From a virus: a DNA stretch of 64,000 nt. This document shows positions 55,601 through 64,000 of the stretch, piece by piece. Below the pieces are notes generated by a model, which saw only the letters and a program-made list of their open reading frames with translations, was not told where the DNA came from and ran no database searches. The stretch lies in IMG/VR virus record IMGVR_UViG_3300022725_000034, positions 2,659 through 66,658 of that record, one strand, 5' to 3'. The stretch's first letter is position 1. The number at the start of each line of letters is the position of its first letter. A program made the position numbers and the translations under genes.

Positions 55601-57180
55601 TTAAGGATCTGACCCTGCCCGAGAAGATGACCGGGGATCTGGCGTGGCTCATTGGCTTCTGGCTGGGTGAGGGCTCTATCTGTAAAAGACTGGGCCTGAT
55701 TGTTACTGCCACCTCGAAGCCTATGTATCAGAACAGAGTTGCAAGCACATTTGAGTCCTTCGGGTTAAATCCGGGGACAAGACCAGACCGAGTGTACGTT
55801 TACTCCAACGCCTTCTACCGGTGGTGGACTGAGGTTCTTGGGCTGGGGGAGAAGTCTTACGCCCACACCAAAACCGTGCCTGAGTTTATGATGTCCGACA
55901 AACATCTCAAGAGCCTTATTCGAGGGCTGATGGATGCCGATGGGAGTGTCCATATTGCGAAGAGTGGTCACCGAGGCAAACGCCTTGTCCTGTCCTTCAG
56001 CAGCAACAGCCGATACCTGATCGAGCAAGTACAGCAGGCGGTACTGGCTTTCGGGTTCGGGGCCGGCAGTGTCGGAGTGGATAAGCGGACTGAAAACTAC
56101 CTACTGCAGTGGTCTACAAAGCAAGCCCTACCGCTTCTGAATTTCCTTGAGATAGAGCATGACTTCGAGGGGGATGTTCGATCAGGGGGACGATCACCGT
56201 CTCTGGGGTATCAGGTGAAATCGGTGGTTCCATGTGAAGGGGATTACGTCTATGATGTGACTGTTCCCGGCTCCCACACCTTCACCCCGAATGGGGTTGT
56301 AACCTCAAACACCGTTCCGAAACACACCAAATGGGCGAAGGCTTTGCGGGCCTGCTACATAGCCCCTCCCGGGTACAAGTGTTTCGAGGTGGACTTCTCT
56401 CAGGGTGAACTCCGGATCGCTGCTTGTGTGGCCAATGAGCCCACGATGATCAAGTATTACCTTCAGGGTATGGACCTTCACCTAGTAGCAGCTTGCAACG
56501 CTATGGGGATCAGCATTGAAGAGGTCCTGCAAATGAAGGGGACTGACAATGTGATTCTGGATAGTCACGGGGTTCCCCAGACTTTCAAGTCGATTCGTCA
56601 AAACGGAAAGGCGGCTAACTTCGGACTGATCTATGGCATGAGTGCCGATGGCTATCAGATCTATGCGGAGGATAGTTACGGTGTGAAGCTGACTTCTGCT
56701 CAGTGTCATGCTCAGCGAAACGCCTTCTTTGATCTCTATTCAAGACTCGGACCTTGGCACGATAGCTACAAGGGGCTGGCCAGACAGCAGGGATTCATCC
56801 GGTCACCGTTGGGACGGGTACGCCACCTGCCTCTTATCAGACACCCCTCCTCTGAGATACGATCCAAGGAAGAGCGGAGGGCCATCAACGCCCCGGTTCA
56901 GTCAACCCTGTCGGACCTCACCCAGTATTCTCTGGTCAAGTTTCAGGAGTACTACGGATTCGGGACTACCAACCCGGAAGTACAATTCGCTATGATGACC
57001 CATGACTCCCTGTCTGGTTATGTCCGGGAAGATAAGGCTGAGGAGTGGCTTGGCAAGCTGGTTGAGCTGATGTCCAACCTTCCACTGGAGCAGGAGTTCG
57101 GCTGGAGACCTCAAGTGCCGTTTGTAGCAGAAGCTGAATTGGGCGACGATATGGCTACACTTGAAGAGATCGAAGTCTGA
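52579..57180 (+). CDS. polA: Family A DNA polymerase with 3'-5' exonuclease and three inteins
   Basis: DLETVG, NLKFD, YAGGDTD, TGRLS, DFSQGELR, KAANFGLIYG, THDS motifs; about 793 aa after splicing. Confidence 0.93.
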   Translation: MGKLYIVAKGNQQHMEHSVGVALRRFQATDVVLWKFIEAQPSFPQLQAGDVALCMGKAVYKFLASHSIVPKNKSHASNRMKMIPCGEGNLIFTFDPYEGWNDYARRVDIMTDATLALRVQRTGSLKVQYGEYQFVEHYGHIVDRIKDCPNDQFVDISLDLETVGLDEWDPEKWIVSISLTVDEGTADLVYFTKDFQPDRTQPEGMIQRTLWEQLQFILNHPRVKIRGANLKFDCRWIRVKWQMLVTRFVFDCILAGSLLDENRSNSLNILTKIYEPQLGGYDDCVAPHVRVLTSDLRWIPVGDVVAGDKLLGFDEHSGSGKGKRRRMRISEAVSTKRITKPGVRITLSNGVEIECSSDHGFLSPRGTNGGSTLWKRAYQLKVGDRLLQVCSVKDPAQDWDAGYISGLYDGEGYVSYQGGGLTSGISQRPGKVWDKYCEVMEAHGFSGFYAGQKNTDGVMTSKHSGAQTLEILQVFRPRRLLEKECFDGKCIPSGTEKVWITDIKQIGDIEVVSLETSTHTFVAEGIASHNSFNLKYDKSRMDLVPKEDMLGYAGGDTDACQRVSTKVRNDLLQDKQLSRFYVKLLHPASRAFEEMECGGVLVDKDRYEDLRGKLEAELKRCQAEANEILPARLKAKHNWDTSLTKAKVITDFLFSPLGLNLKPLEVTGKTGAPSSAKSHIMKFIDHPDVKEFMDVYSDFLGAKKTLSTYVEGFLKHLRSDGRYHPSYIMHRSDDGGTNCLPADQLVLTEQGYKPIVEVKVGAKVLSHTGYWSEVTDFINNGRKPVFRVIMSDGRSIRATENHPLLTVNGWATVGDLNSGDTVIGYSGEEIWTREAIESEKATFDACTVVSVEYCGVEPTYDITVEGSHSFVAEGLVVHNTGRLSAKDPAIQCVTGETIVWAPDGLHRIDSLVDGVGFIEKKIDLITESGVEETSYTFKKWADALVRVTLRNGIQFRCTPDHPFRVATGEMVQAKDLTPGQQVKNQTHLPDFSRETELPTAGYIDRDKIKDLTLPEKMTGDLAWLIGFWLGEGSICKRLGLIVTATSKPMYQNRVASTFESFGLNPGTRPDRVYVYSNAFYRWWTEVLGLGEKSYAHTKTVPEFMMSDKHLKSLIRGLMDADGSVHIAKSGHRGKRLVLSFSSNSRYLIEQVQQAVLAFGFGAGSVGVDKRTENYLLQWSTKQALPLLNFLEIEHDFEGDVRSGGRSPSLGYQVKSVVPCEGDYVYDVTVPGSHTFTPNGVVTSNTVPKHTKWAKALRACYIAPPGYKCFEVDFSQGELRIAACVANEPTMIKYYLQGMDLHLVAACNAMGISIEEVLQMKGTDNVILDSHGVPQTFKSIRQNGKAANFGLIYGMSADGYQIYAEDSYGVKLTSAQCHAQRNAFFDLYSRLGPWHDSYKGLARQQGFIRSPLGRVRHLPLIRHPSSEIRSKEERRAINAPVQSTLSDLTQYSLVKFQEYYGFGTTNPEVQFAMMTHDSLSGYVREDKAEEWLGKLVELMSNLPLEQEFGWRPQVPFVAEAELGDDMATLEEIEV
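53428..54168 (+). mobile_element. Intein 1 of PolA (247 aa, one LAGLIDADG motif)
   Basis: CVAPH...CSSDH...GLYDGEG...SHN before Ser+1. Confidence 0.88.
54793..55215 (+). mobile_element. Intein 2 of PolA (141-aa mini-intein)
   Basis: CLPAD...ATENHP...VVHN before Thr+1; no endonuclease. Confidence 0.9.
55252..56310 (+). mobile_element. Intein 3 of PolA (353 aa, LAGLIDADG endonuclease)
   Basis: CVTGE...CTPDHP...GFWLGEG...GLMDADG...TSN before Thr+1. Confidence 0.88.
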
Positions 57181-57207
57181 AATTAATTTCAAAAGAGAGG
57201 ATCGAAC

Positions 57208-58968
57208 ATGGCGTCCAACGATCAGGCCAACGATGAGGCCAAAGTGATGCTTGGAGGCACGGTGACCAAAATTGAGGGTGAGCGTCCTGACTCGGATGCG
57301 GCCCTTCTTGGCACCAATGCCCTTGAGGTCGATGATGAGTTTGTAGCCCTGTATGAGGGGGCCAATGGCGAGGGGACCGTTCTGGCTCCTCCCTATAATC
57401 CAAAGCAACTGAAGAAACTGGTAGAGCAGAACAACACGCTTGGCCAGTGCGTTGATGCGTATGAATCCAGTATCGATGGCACCGGGTTCCTCTTGCAACC
57501 GAAAGACGGGACAGAATCAGACGACTCTCAGAAAGACGAGATCGCCGGCATCATGGAGTTCTTTGATGAGCCTTACCCGGGAGAGTCATTCCTGAGCCAA
57601 CGGAAGGGACTTCGCCGGGATCTTGAGTCCACTGGCGTTGCCTACCTTGAGGTTATCCGGAATCCTCAGAAGGAGATCGTGTTCACCCGCCGAATGGAAT
57701 CCGAGTACGTTCGCAAGATGCGTCTCGGACAGGCTGTACCTACGACCTTGACCTTGCGCCGTAACGGGACTGAGAAGTCTGTCCGCACTACCGTTCGGTA
57801 TCGCCGGTACATTCAGAAGGTGGGTAATGTGACCACCTACTTCAAAGAGTTTGGCTGTGAGTTGGACCTGAATAAGCGAACTGGTGAGTGGGCTGAATCT
57901 GGTAAGCAACTCCCGTACAACCAGAGGGCCAGTGAGATCATCGAGTTCGGGGTGAACGAAAGTGTTGGCACGGCTTACCATGTGCCTCGCTGGATCAACC
58001 AGCTCCCTTCTGTTCTGGGCTCTCGTCAGGCGGAAGAGTTCAACTTGGATTTCTTCTATGCTGGGGGTATGCCGCCTGCCTTGATTATGATCTCAGGCGG
58101 GTCCATGCATAGTGACACGAGGAAAGCCCTTGAGGCTCACTTCCACGGAAAGAAGAATCAGTCCCGGGCTGCTATTGTCGAACTGTTCTCTACTGGGGGA
58201 TCTCTCGACAAGGACTCTGTTCCGAGCGTCAAGGTGGAGCGTTTTGGCTCTGAGCAACAGAAAGACTCCATGTTCGAGAACTATGACATGCGCTGCGAGG
58301 AGCGGGTTCGCCGGGGGTTCCGCCTTCCTCCTCTTTTTGCGGGGAAAGCTGATGCTTACAACTATGCTACAGCGGTAATCTCCTACGTGGTGGCAGAGCA
58401 GCAGGTCTTTGCACCGGAGCGGATTGAGTTTGATCAGACCATCAATAACACCCTGATGCGGGAGATTGCCCCGGGCTACGAGTTCAAGTCTAAAGGCCTG
58501 ACCTTGAAAGACATCCAGACCCAGATGAAAGCCATCGGTATTGCGGCTGATAAAGGGGTCATCAGCGGGGGTCAACTGGTCACCTCTCTTAACGAGACGG
58601 CAGGCACCAATCTTAATGTCCATGAGGATATTGAGGATCAGCCTTTGGCCCAATCGAGGCCTGCTTCTCAGACCACTCCGGCTGAGGGAGAGGGTGACGA
58701 CGAGGGTGACACTGCTACCAAGTCCGAAGGCACTGATGTCGATCTCCCTCGGCTTGTCCGGGACTGGTCAAACTACATGACCGGGTATCGTGATTTTGAG
58801 CTGTATGAGGTCGCTGAAATGGAATCGACCCTGAAGTCTCTGTCTGGCAAGGACAAGGACATGTTCGAGTCGGCTCTTGCGGCAAGCATGATGGATCTGG
58901 ACTACGACCCAGAGGGTATGTCTGAACTGATCGGATGCCTCTGTAGTGGAGGTACTCATGCCCATTAG
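57208..58968 (+). CDS. Portal protein (PBSX-family-like)
   Basis: PPYNP..L, TGVAYLEVIRN, FYAGGMPPALI, RRGFRLPPLF; precedes MuF. Confidence 0.85.
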   Translation: MASNDQANDEAKVMLGGTVTKIEGERPDSDAALLGTNALEVDDEFVALYEGANGEGTVLAPPYNPKQLKKLVEQNNTLGQCVDAYESSIDGTGFLLQPKDGTESDDSQKDEIAGIMEFFDEPYPGESFLSQRKGLRRDLESTGVAYLEVIRNPQKEIVFTRRMESEYVRKMRLGQAVPTTLTLRRNGTEKSVRTTVRYRRYIQKVGNVTTYFKEFGCELDLNKRTGEWAESGKQLPYNQRASEIIEFGVNESVGTAYHVPRWINQLPSVLGSRQAEEFNLDFFYAGGMPPALIMISGGSMHSDTRKALEAHFHGKKNQSRAAIVELFSTGGSLDKDSVPSVKVERFGSEQQKDSMFENYDMRCEERVRRGFRLPPLFAGKADAYNYATAVISYVVAEQQVFAPERIEFDQTINNTLMREIAPGYEFKSKGLTLKDIQTQMKAIGIAADKGVISGGQLVTSLNETAGTNLNVHEDIEDQPLAQSRPASQTTPAEGEGDDEGDTATKSEGTDVDLPRLVRDWSNYMTGYRDFELYEVAEMESTLKSLSGKDKDMFESALAASMMDLDYDPEGMSELIGCLCSGGTHAH

Positions 58969-60256
58969 TAACGAGGCTTTCATTGACATCGAGAACGCAC
59001 TGTCAAAGAAGCTTCGCCGGGGTTGGAGGGGCAAGGTAGAGACTGTCCTACGGGATGTGGAGACGGCTCTGAGGAAAGGGAACTTCGCCCAAGCCCATTC
59101 TGCACTGGATAATCTGGATCTGTCGGATCTGGTGGATAAAGCGGAGGCTTATCTGAAGACCATGTTCAGGGCCTCTTACCTGTTCGGGGTTTCCGGAGTT
59201 GGAGATCCTAAGCAGGCGCTGGCCCCGGATGATGAGGTGATGCCGATTATCGAGGCGGCAGTGCGGCAACTCAGGAGCATGGTCCGGGCTACCGTTGAAG
59301 ACTCTGTTCGGGATATCGGGAAGGGACTGATTGCTGAGGCTGAGATCGAGCAGTCCGCTGTTAAGTCTGATGGTAAGTCGAAGGTGACAAAGGCCGCTGT
59401 CTCCATGGACACCATCGAAGCTTTTAATCGGAAGATGCGTCAGGAGGGTGATGCGAGGATCGCTGCCATCGCTGGACTTCAGAACTCCCGGATTGCGAAC
59501 TGGGGGTTCACCGTAGAGGCTACCCTTCGTGGCGTCAGCACTTATGAAGTGAATGAAGTGATGGACTCCCTCACTTGCCCAGTGTGCCGGGAAATGCATG
59601 GCCGCACCTTTGAGGTGGAGCACGCCAAGCAGAAGCTGGAGAGACAGCTATCTGTAGACAACCCTCAGGAGCTGAAGGAAATGGCTCCGTGGCCGAAGCA
59701 GACCAAGGATTCTATCGAGGAGTTGAAGAGTCTATCCAAGGAGGAGATTCAGGACCGGGGTTGGGATACTCCTCCGTATCATCCGGGGTGCCGTGGAGTC
59801 CTGAGATACAAATCCAGCTCTACCCGTATCGAAGATCAGGAAGTCACCCTGAATGAGGTTCTACCCAACACCGAGGCCAGTGTCGCCAGTGCCGTCAAAG
59901 CTCTGGACAGGCAGAAGGTAGTGGATGCTCAGGGCAAGGAGTCTGATGAGGGACGGTACATCGTTCTGCCTTTTGGGGTGGCTACTCCGAAGATGGCGGA
60001 AAAGGTGGAGTCTCTGAGGGAAAAGGCTCTTAACGGGGACACCTCTATCCAGAATGTCAGGCTTACTCGAATCCAAGGACTTGAGAAGATCGTAGACAAG
60101 GACAGGGTAAAGACTATGATCGAGTCAGGATCGACACAACCTCCTCTTGTAGTGAAGCGTAGTGGGCGCTACTATGTTCTGGACGGGATCGAGGTTTTGG
60201 TTGCGGCCAAGCTTGCGGGAAGTGAGACCTCACCTGTCCGGGTTTACAAGCCATGA
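58958..60256 (+). CDS. MuF/SPP1 gp7 head morphogenesis protein with C-terminal ParB-like domain
   Basis: MDSLTCPVCREMHG...PPYHPGCRG; C-terminal PPLVVKRSGRYYVLDG...AAKLAG. Confidence 0.75.
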   Translation: MPISNEAFIDIENALSKKLRRGWRGKVETVLRDVETALRKGNFAQAHSALDNLDLSDLVDKAEAYLKTMFRASYLFGVSGVGDPKQALAPDDEVMPIIEAAVRQLRSMVRATVEDSVRDIGKGLIAEAEIEQSAVKSDGKSKVTKAAVSMDTIEAFNRKMRQEGDARIAAIAGLQNSRIANWGFTVEATLRGVSTYEVNEVMDSLTCPVCREMHGRTFEVEHAKQKLERQLSVDNPQELKEMAPWPKQTKDSIEELKSLSKEEIQDRGWDTPPYHPGCRGVLRYKSSSTRIEDQEVTLNEVLPNTEASVASAVKALDRQKVVDAQGKESDEGRYIVLPFGVATPKMAEKVESLREKALNGDTSIQNVRLTRIQGLEKIVDKDRVKTMIESGSTQPPLVVKRSGRYYVLDGIEVLVAAKLAGSETSPVRVYKP

Positions 60257-60276
60257 ATCTCATTGTTGCATGTTCC

Positions 60277-60303
60277 AGCCTCGCTTTTGCGGGGCTTTTT
60301 TTT
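60277..60303 (+). terminator. Rho-independent terminator
   Basis: AGCCTCGC-tttt-GCGGGGCT followed by a T run. Confidence 0.75.
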
Positions 60304-60325
60304 GACATTAATTTCAAAAAGCCCT

Positions 60326-60353
60326 TTGACAAAACCCCAACTTTTGGTAGTAT
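60326..60353 (+). promoter_or_regulatory. Phage promoter with upstream palindrome (60303-60316)
   Basis: TTGACA-16 bp-TAGTAT. Confidence 0.75.
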
Positions 60354-60395
60354 ATACATAACGGCAACCGAATATCACGACCTAAGGAGAGTCTG

Positions 60396-60698
60396 ATGGA
60401 ACACGCCAAAGTTACTTCCGCCAAGCAAGAAGTTTCTGAGATCCGCCTTGAGATCTATGCCCTCGAAGTTCAGCGCGAAGCCTTCCGAAAAGAGACCCAT
60501 CATCGCCTGTATCAGGAGGGCCGCACAGTAAACCCACGCCACGAGATTGTTCGACTGAACAGCCTGATCCGTAAGCTGAAGCGTCGTCTGGATAATGAGT
60601 GGAGGCTGGTGGCTGCGGCGGCCATTATGGAAGCTGAAGAAATCGAGTGGGAAGAGTATCGCCGTCAGGTCCAGTCACGTAACACCGCTAAGGCATAA
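60396..60698 (+). CDS. Hypothetical coiled-coil protein (moron unit)
   Basis: 100 aa, RBS AAGGAG. Confidence 0.65.
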   Translation: MEHAKVTSAKQEVSEIRLEIYALEVQREAFRKETHHRLYQEGRTVNPRHEIVRLNSLIRKLKRRLDNEWRLVAAAAIMEAEEIEWEEYRRQVQSRNTAKA

Positions 60699-60709
60699 GG
60701 AGATCTATC

Positions 60710-60994
60710 ATGTATATTCGCTGCTCCATCCGTAAAGTAGGCAACAGCTTTCACGCAGAGACCCGCACAAAGTCGGTCTACAGCATCCACAGTACACCGG
60801 TAAAAGCGGTTCAGTGCATCGCGGATCACGAGCATCCTGCTTTGGGCGACAGCATCATTGTGGCTCACCCTCAGGAAAACGGGTACATCATCTGCCCGGT
60901 GAACCAACTCCTGTTCCGGGGTCAACCTATGTGGCAACACACTGACATCGGAAAGATGATTCTTGAACAACAGGCTCAGATCACTCACGCCTGA
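60710..60994 (+). CDS. Hypothetical protein (moron unit)
   Basis: 94 aa, RBS AAGGAG. Confidence 0.65.
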   Translation: MYIRCSIRKVGNSFHAETRTKSVYSIHSTPVKAVQCIADHEHPALGDSIIVAHPQENGYIICPVNQLLFRGQPMWQHTDIGKMILEQQAQITHA

Positions 60995-61017
60995 ACCCCT
61001 CCAAAATAACCCTCAAG

Positions 61018-61042
61018 GCCTCGCAACTCGCGGGGCTTTTTT
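61018..61042 (+). terminator. Rho-independent terminator
   Basis: GCCTCGC-aactc-GCGGGGC followed by a T run. Confidence 0.75.
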
Positions 61043-61124
61043 ACGTCTTGATGTTTGCAAGTTCTGATTCATGGTGTACGATTGCAATTAATTTCAAATT
61101 TGCGGCTGAGGTTTCTCTCGCACC

Positions 61125-61700
61125 ATGATCATCAGGAAAGCCGACAAAGAGCGTCAGGTAGTTTACGGGGAGGTTTACGCCCCGGGGATTCCCGACTCTG
61201 ACGGCGAGTACATGACCGAAGATGAAATCTGGAAAGCCGCGTACAAATATCTTCAGTCTGGAAACCTTCAAGCTATCGACCGGGAACACGACAACGCCGA
61301 AACAGGTGCCTTTGTTGTTGAGTCCTTTATAGCCCGAGAGGCCGATCCAGACTTTATCCCGAACTCTTGGGTTGTTGGGGTTCACGTCCCAAGCCCGGAG
61401 CTGTGGGGCCTGATCATGTCAGGAGAGATCAACGGGTTCTCCATGGAGGCTTACGTGAATTACGTGCCTCAGGAGATCGAGCTTGAGATCCCAGAAGACA
61501 TTGAGGGCTCTACCAGTGAGGCTCATGGCCACAGCCACAAGTTTCGTGTCGAGTTTGATGACAATGGTAAGTTCCTTGGCGGTAGAACTGATATCGTGAA
61601 CGGGCATTATCATGTTATCCGTAGGGGCACGATCACTGAGAAGGCTGACGACCATCATCACCGGTATTCCTTTACGGAGATTTTGAATGGCGAAGCGTAA
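61125..61700 (+). CDS. Prohead protease (XkdF-like)
   Basis: RQVVYGEVYAPG..DSDGE, IDREHD, ESFIA, WVVGV, GEINGFSME; His-rich C-terminus. Confidence 0.8.
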   Translation: MIIRKADKERQVVYGEVYAPGIPDSDGEYMTEDEIWKAAYKYLQSGNLQAIDREHDNAETGAFVVESFIAREADPDFIPNSWVVGVHVPSPELWGLIMSGEINGFSMEAYVNYVPQEIELEIPEDIEGSTSEAHGHSHKFRVEFDDNGKFLGGRTDIVNGHYHVIRRGTITEKADDHHHRYSFTEILNGEA

Positions 61701-62883
61701 ACTCACCATGAAAGTCCGGGAAATGCGGGATGCTGATGTTCAGTGGATCTCACTGGTAAATCGTCCTGCTAACAGGATTCCTTTCCGGGTAACCAAAAAC
61801 GAAGGCAAGTTGGAGGCTGGTATGTTCCACCTTAATCGGATGTTTCCGAGCAAGAAGAGTGAAAAGACCGGTTCCAGTGTTGCGGCTTTTCTGATCCAGA
61901 AGTCTGATCAGGAGACCCTGCTGCCGCGTCTCAAAGAGGCCGGCTTCAACACTGATAACCTGATCGACCAAGACGGTGTTCTGATCGTAAAACAGGACGC
62001 TGACTTTAACGAAGCTGAATGCGTTGCAGTCCAACTGAACGAGCGGGTTGGTGCCATGCTGTCGAATGTGCAGAAGGCCTTTACTCCGTATCGTGAGGAC
62101 TCCAGCAGCTTCAGCGAAAACCTGAACAAGCACGGGTTCTACCCGAGCGTGAATGTGGCCATGGGTGCTCTGGATGAAACAGTCCGGAATGCTCTCTGGG
62201 ATGCTGAGAATGTGGGCGAAGCTGCCTCCTTTATCGGCAATGCCTTGGAGCAATTCTCTGGCTACATCGTGACTCTGGTCGAGAACCTGCCCGAGGAAGC
62301 CTTCACTGCTATGAAGGTTGCTTCCGCTCCCGCCGAGAAGTCTGAAGACGGCGATACCTCAGAAGAAACTGCCAAGTCCGAAGCCCCGACTGAAGGGGAA
62401 AAGGAAGAGCAGGCTGCTGGGGCCTCCAAGTCCGAAGAAGGCGACGAAGCTGGTCAGGCTGAGAAGTCTGAGGATGCTGGGGAGCAGGGCAATGAAGAAA
62501 CCTCTACGACGGAAAAGTCTGAGGAAGAGTCTGCAGAAGAGACGCAGAAATCTGAATCTGACACCTCCGGTTCAGCCGAAGCTGACGACAAAGGCGAGTC
62601 TGCCTCCAAGTCGGAAGACGACCTGACTAAGAAGATGGACTCCATTCTGGAAGGTTTGGGTAACCTGACCTCTAAGGTGGATTCTCTCGAGAAAAATCAG
62701 GGCACCCTTTCCGAGAAGGTGGAGAGCGCCAGCAAAGTTGCCAAGGCTGCTCAGGAGGCCGTAGAGGGAACCGTGAGTGCTTCTGAAGAAGACTCTCATG
62801 AGCGCCCCAACCTTCGGGCCGTGAAAGGTGACAAAGGCGATTTCTGGTCCGGTACTGGTCTGGATAGTCTGTTTCCAAAGTAA
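61687..62883 (+). CDS. Scaffold/protease-associated head protein
   Basis: ISLVNRPAN N-terminus, acidic xKSE repeats and C-terminal coiled coil; lies just before the capsid gene. Confidence 0.7.
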   Translation: MAKRKLTMKVREMRDADVQWISLVNRPANRIPFRVTKNEGKLEAGMFHLNRMFPSKKSEKTGSSVAAFLIQKSDQETLLPRLKEAGFNTDNLIDQDGVLIVKQDADFNEAECVAVQLNERVGAMLSNVQKAFTPYREDSSSFSENLNKHGFYPSVNVAMGALDETVRNALWDAENVGEAASFIGNALEQFSGYIVTLVENLPEEAFTAMKVASAPAEKSEDGDTSEETAKSEAPTEGEKEEQAAGASKSEEGDEAGQAEKSEDAGEQGNEETSTTEKSEEESAEETQKSESDTSGSAEADDKGESASKSEDDLTKKMDSILEGLGNLTSKVDSLEKNQGTLSEKVESASKVAKAAQEAVEGTVSASEEDSHERPNLRAVKGDKGDFWSGTGLDSLFPK

Positions 62884-62938
62884 TGCCCCGGTCGGCATTA
62901 CAGCACCGTAAGTCATCAGCTAACTAAGGGGAAATACC

Positions 62939-63904
62939 ATGGCTGACAACAAAGATCTTATGAAGAAAGCCGACTGGGCGGTTTCCGATCTGGAATCCAA
63001 CGGCGGCAAGCTCAACGCAGAGCAATCCAACACGTTCATCCGTAAGATGATCAAGGCTCCGACTCTGCTCAACCAAGTACGCACCGTTCCGATGGCGGCT
63101 CCGGAGCGTAAGATCAACAAGATTGGTTTTGCGTCACGTATCCTCCGCGCCGGAACCAGCAACACTGCTCTGGCTGAAGCTGATCGCTCCAAGCCGGCTA
63201 CCGAGCAAGTAACCCTGACCACCAAGGAAGTCGTGGCAGAAGTGAACCTGCCTTACGATGTGGTTGAGGACGTTATCGAGTCCGTGTCTCTCGGTCAGTA
63301 TGACGAGGGCGGTGCTCCGAAGATGTCTGGTCAGATCAAAGACACCATCATGGATCTGATTGCCGAACGTGCCGCACTGGATCTGGAAGAGCTGCTCCTG
63401 TTGGGTGACACTTCTGTTTCTGGTTCCGATGCCTACCTCGGCCTGTTTGATGGCTGGCTGAAGCTGGCTGATCAGAACGTCGTGGATAACTCTGGCGCTG
63501 GTGTGAGCAACAGCATGTTCGCCCAAGGTGTGAAGGCTCTGCCTCAGCAGTATCTCCGCAACCGTCAGGCCATGCGTCAGTTCATTTCCTATGACCGTGA
63601 GATCGACTACCGCGAAGTTCTCGGTGGCCGTGAGACCGCTCTGGGTGACGCACAGTTCTCTGGTACTGCTCCGGTACATGGCGCAGGCATTCGTGTTGAA
63701 GCTGCATCCCTGATGCCTTCCAACAACGGTATCCTGACCTACCCGCAGAACCTGATCACTGGTATCCAGCGTGACATGACCATCGAAACCGACAAGGACA
63801 TTCGCGCCCGGAACTACGTCATCGTTCTGACCATGCGTGTTGCTTGCGCTATCGAGGAAGCTGAAGCGGTAGCCAAGTACAACAACATCGGTGACCTTGC
63901 ATAA
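62939..63904 (+). CDS. Major capsid protein (HK97 fold)
   Basis: GGKLNAEQSNTFI, ERAALDLEEL, IETDKDIRAR...VLTMR; 321 aa; strong terminator after it. Confidence 0.88.
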   Translation: MADNKDLMKKADWAVSDLESNGGKLNAEQSNTFIRKMIKAPTLLNQVRTVPMAAPERKINKIGFASRILRAGTSNTALAEADRSKPATEQVTLTTKEVVAEVNLPYDVVEDVIESVSLGQYDEGGAPKMSGQIKDTIMDLIAERAALDLEELLLLGDTSVSGSDAYLGLFDGWLKLADQNVVDNSGAGVSNSMFAQGVKALPQQYLRNRQAMRQFISYDREIDYREVLGGRETALGDAQFSGTAPVHGAGIRVEAASLMPSNNGILTYPQNLITGIQRDMTIETDKDIRARNYVIVLTMRVACAIEEAEAVAKYNNIGDLA

Positions 63905-63943
63905 GGTCTCCCGCTACTCCGAGTCGGGAATGATGTAATGTCG

Positions 63944-63979
63944 GCGTAGTGGGGGTTTAGGCTCTCACTACGCTTTTTT
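63944..63979 (+). terminator. Rho-independent terminator
   Basis: GCGTAGTGGGG...CTCTCACTACGC followed by a T run. Confidence 0.75.
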
Positions 63980-64000
63980 GTTTAAGGAGAGGATCACATG

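Noticed and set aside
62881-62900. Hairpin TAATGCC-N6-GGCATTA between scaffold and capsid genes as a riboswitch or ncRNA
   Set aside because: A single short stem with no recognisable aptamer; more likely an mRNA stabiliser or processing site

Overview
This window is an internal 64 kb slice of a large tailed dsDNA phage genome. Nearly all genes are on the + strand, no integrase is visible, and the host is probably a gammaproteobacterium (inference). In order it contains: the end of a GC-rich tail module with an M15 endolysin; an intein-bearing AAA+ ATPase; a replication and recombination block (HTH initiator with iteron origin, DnaC-like protein, DnaB with a class 3 intein, primase, Q/N-rich SSB, SF2 helicase, RecA, two PD-(D/E)XK nucleases, RuvC); an AT-rich ParB / ParB-methyltransferase / CmoA cassette directly upstream of the terminase genes; about 15 kb of small early-type genes including a captured prophage fragment with a tRNA-Pro(GGG); an IS200/IS605 element (tnpA+tnpB) plus a 73-bp end-fusion miniature; holin, spanins, Tmk and Dut; a module with a truncated PPDK-like dikinase, a tandem CsrA-like protein and two Cys-phosphatases; PolA with three inteins; and portal, MuF, protease, scaffold and major capsid genes. 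Seventeen sigma70-like promoters with 16-bp spacers and 22 copies of a 14-bp palindrome organise the region. The best candidates for undescribed systems are a packaging-linked carboxy-SAM DNA modification cassette, the dikinase/phosphatase module, the genome-wide palindrome and a shared MAL[NK]I N-terminal peptide. All family calls come from motif recognition by eye; no database searches were run.
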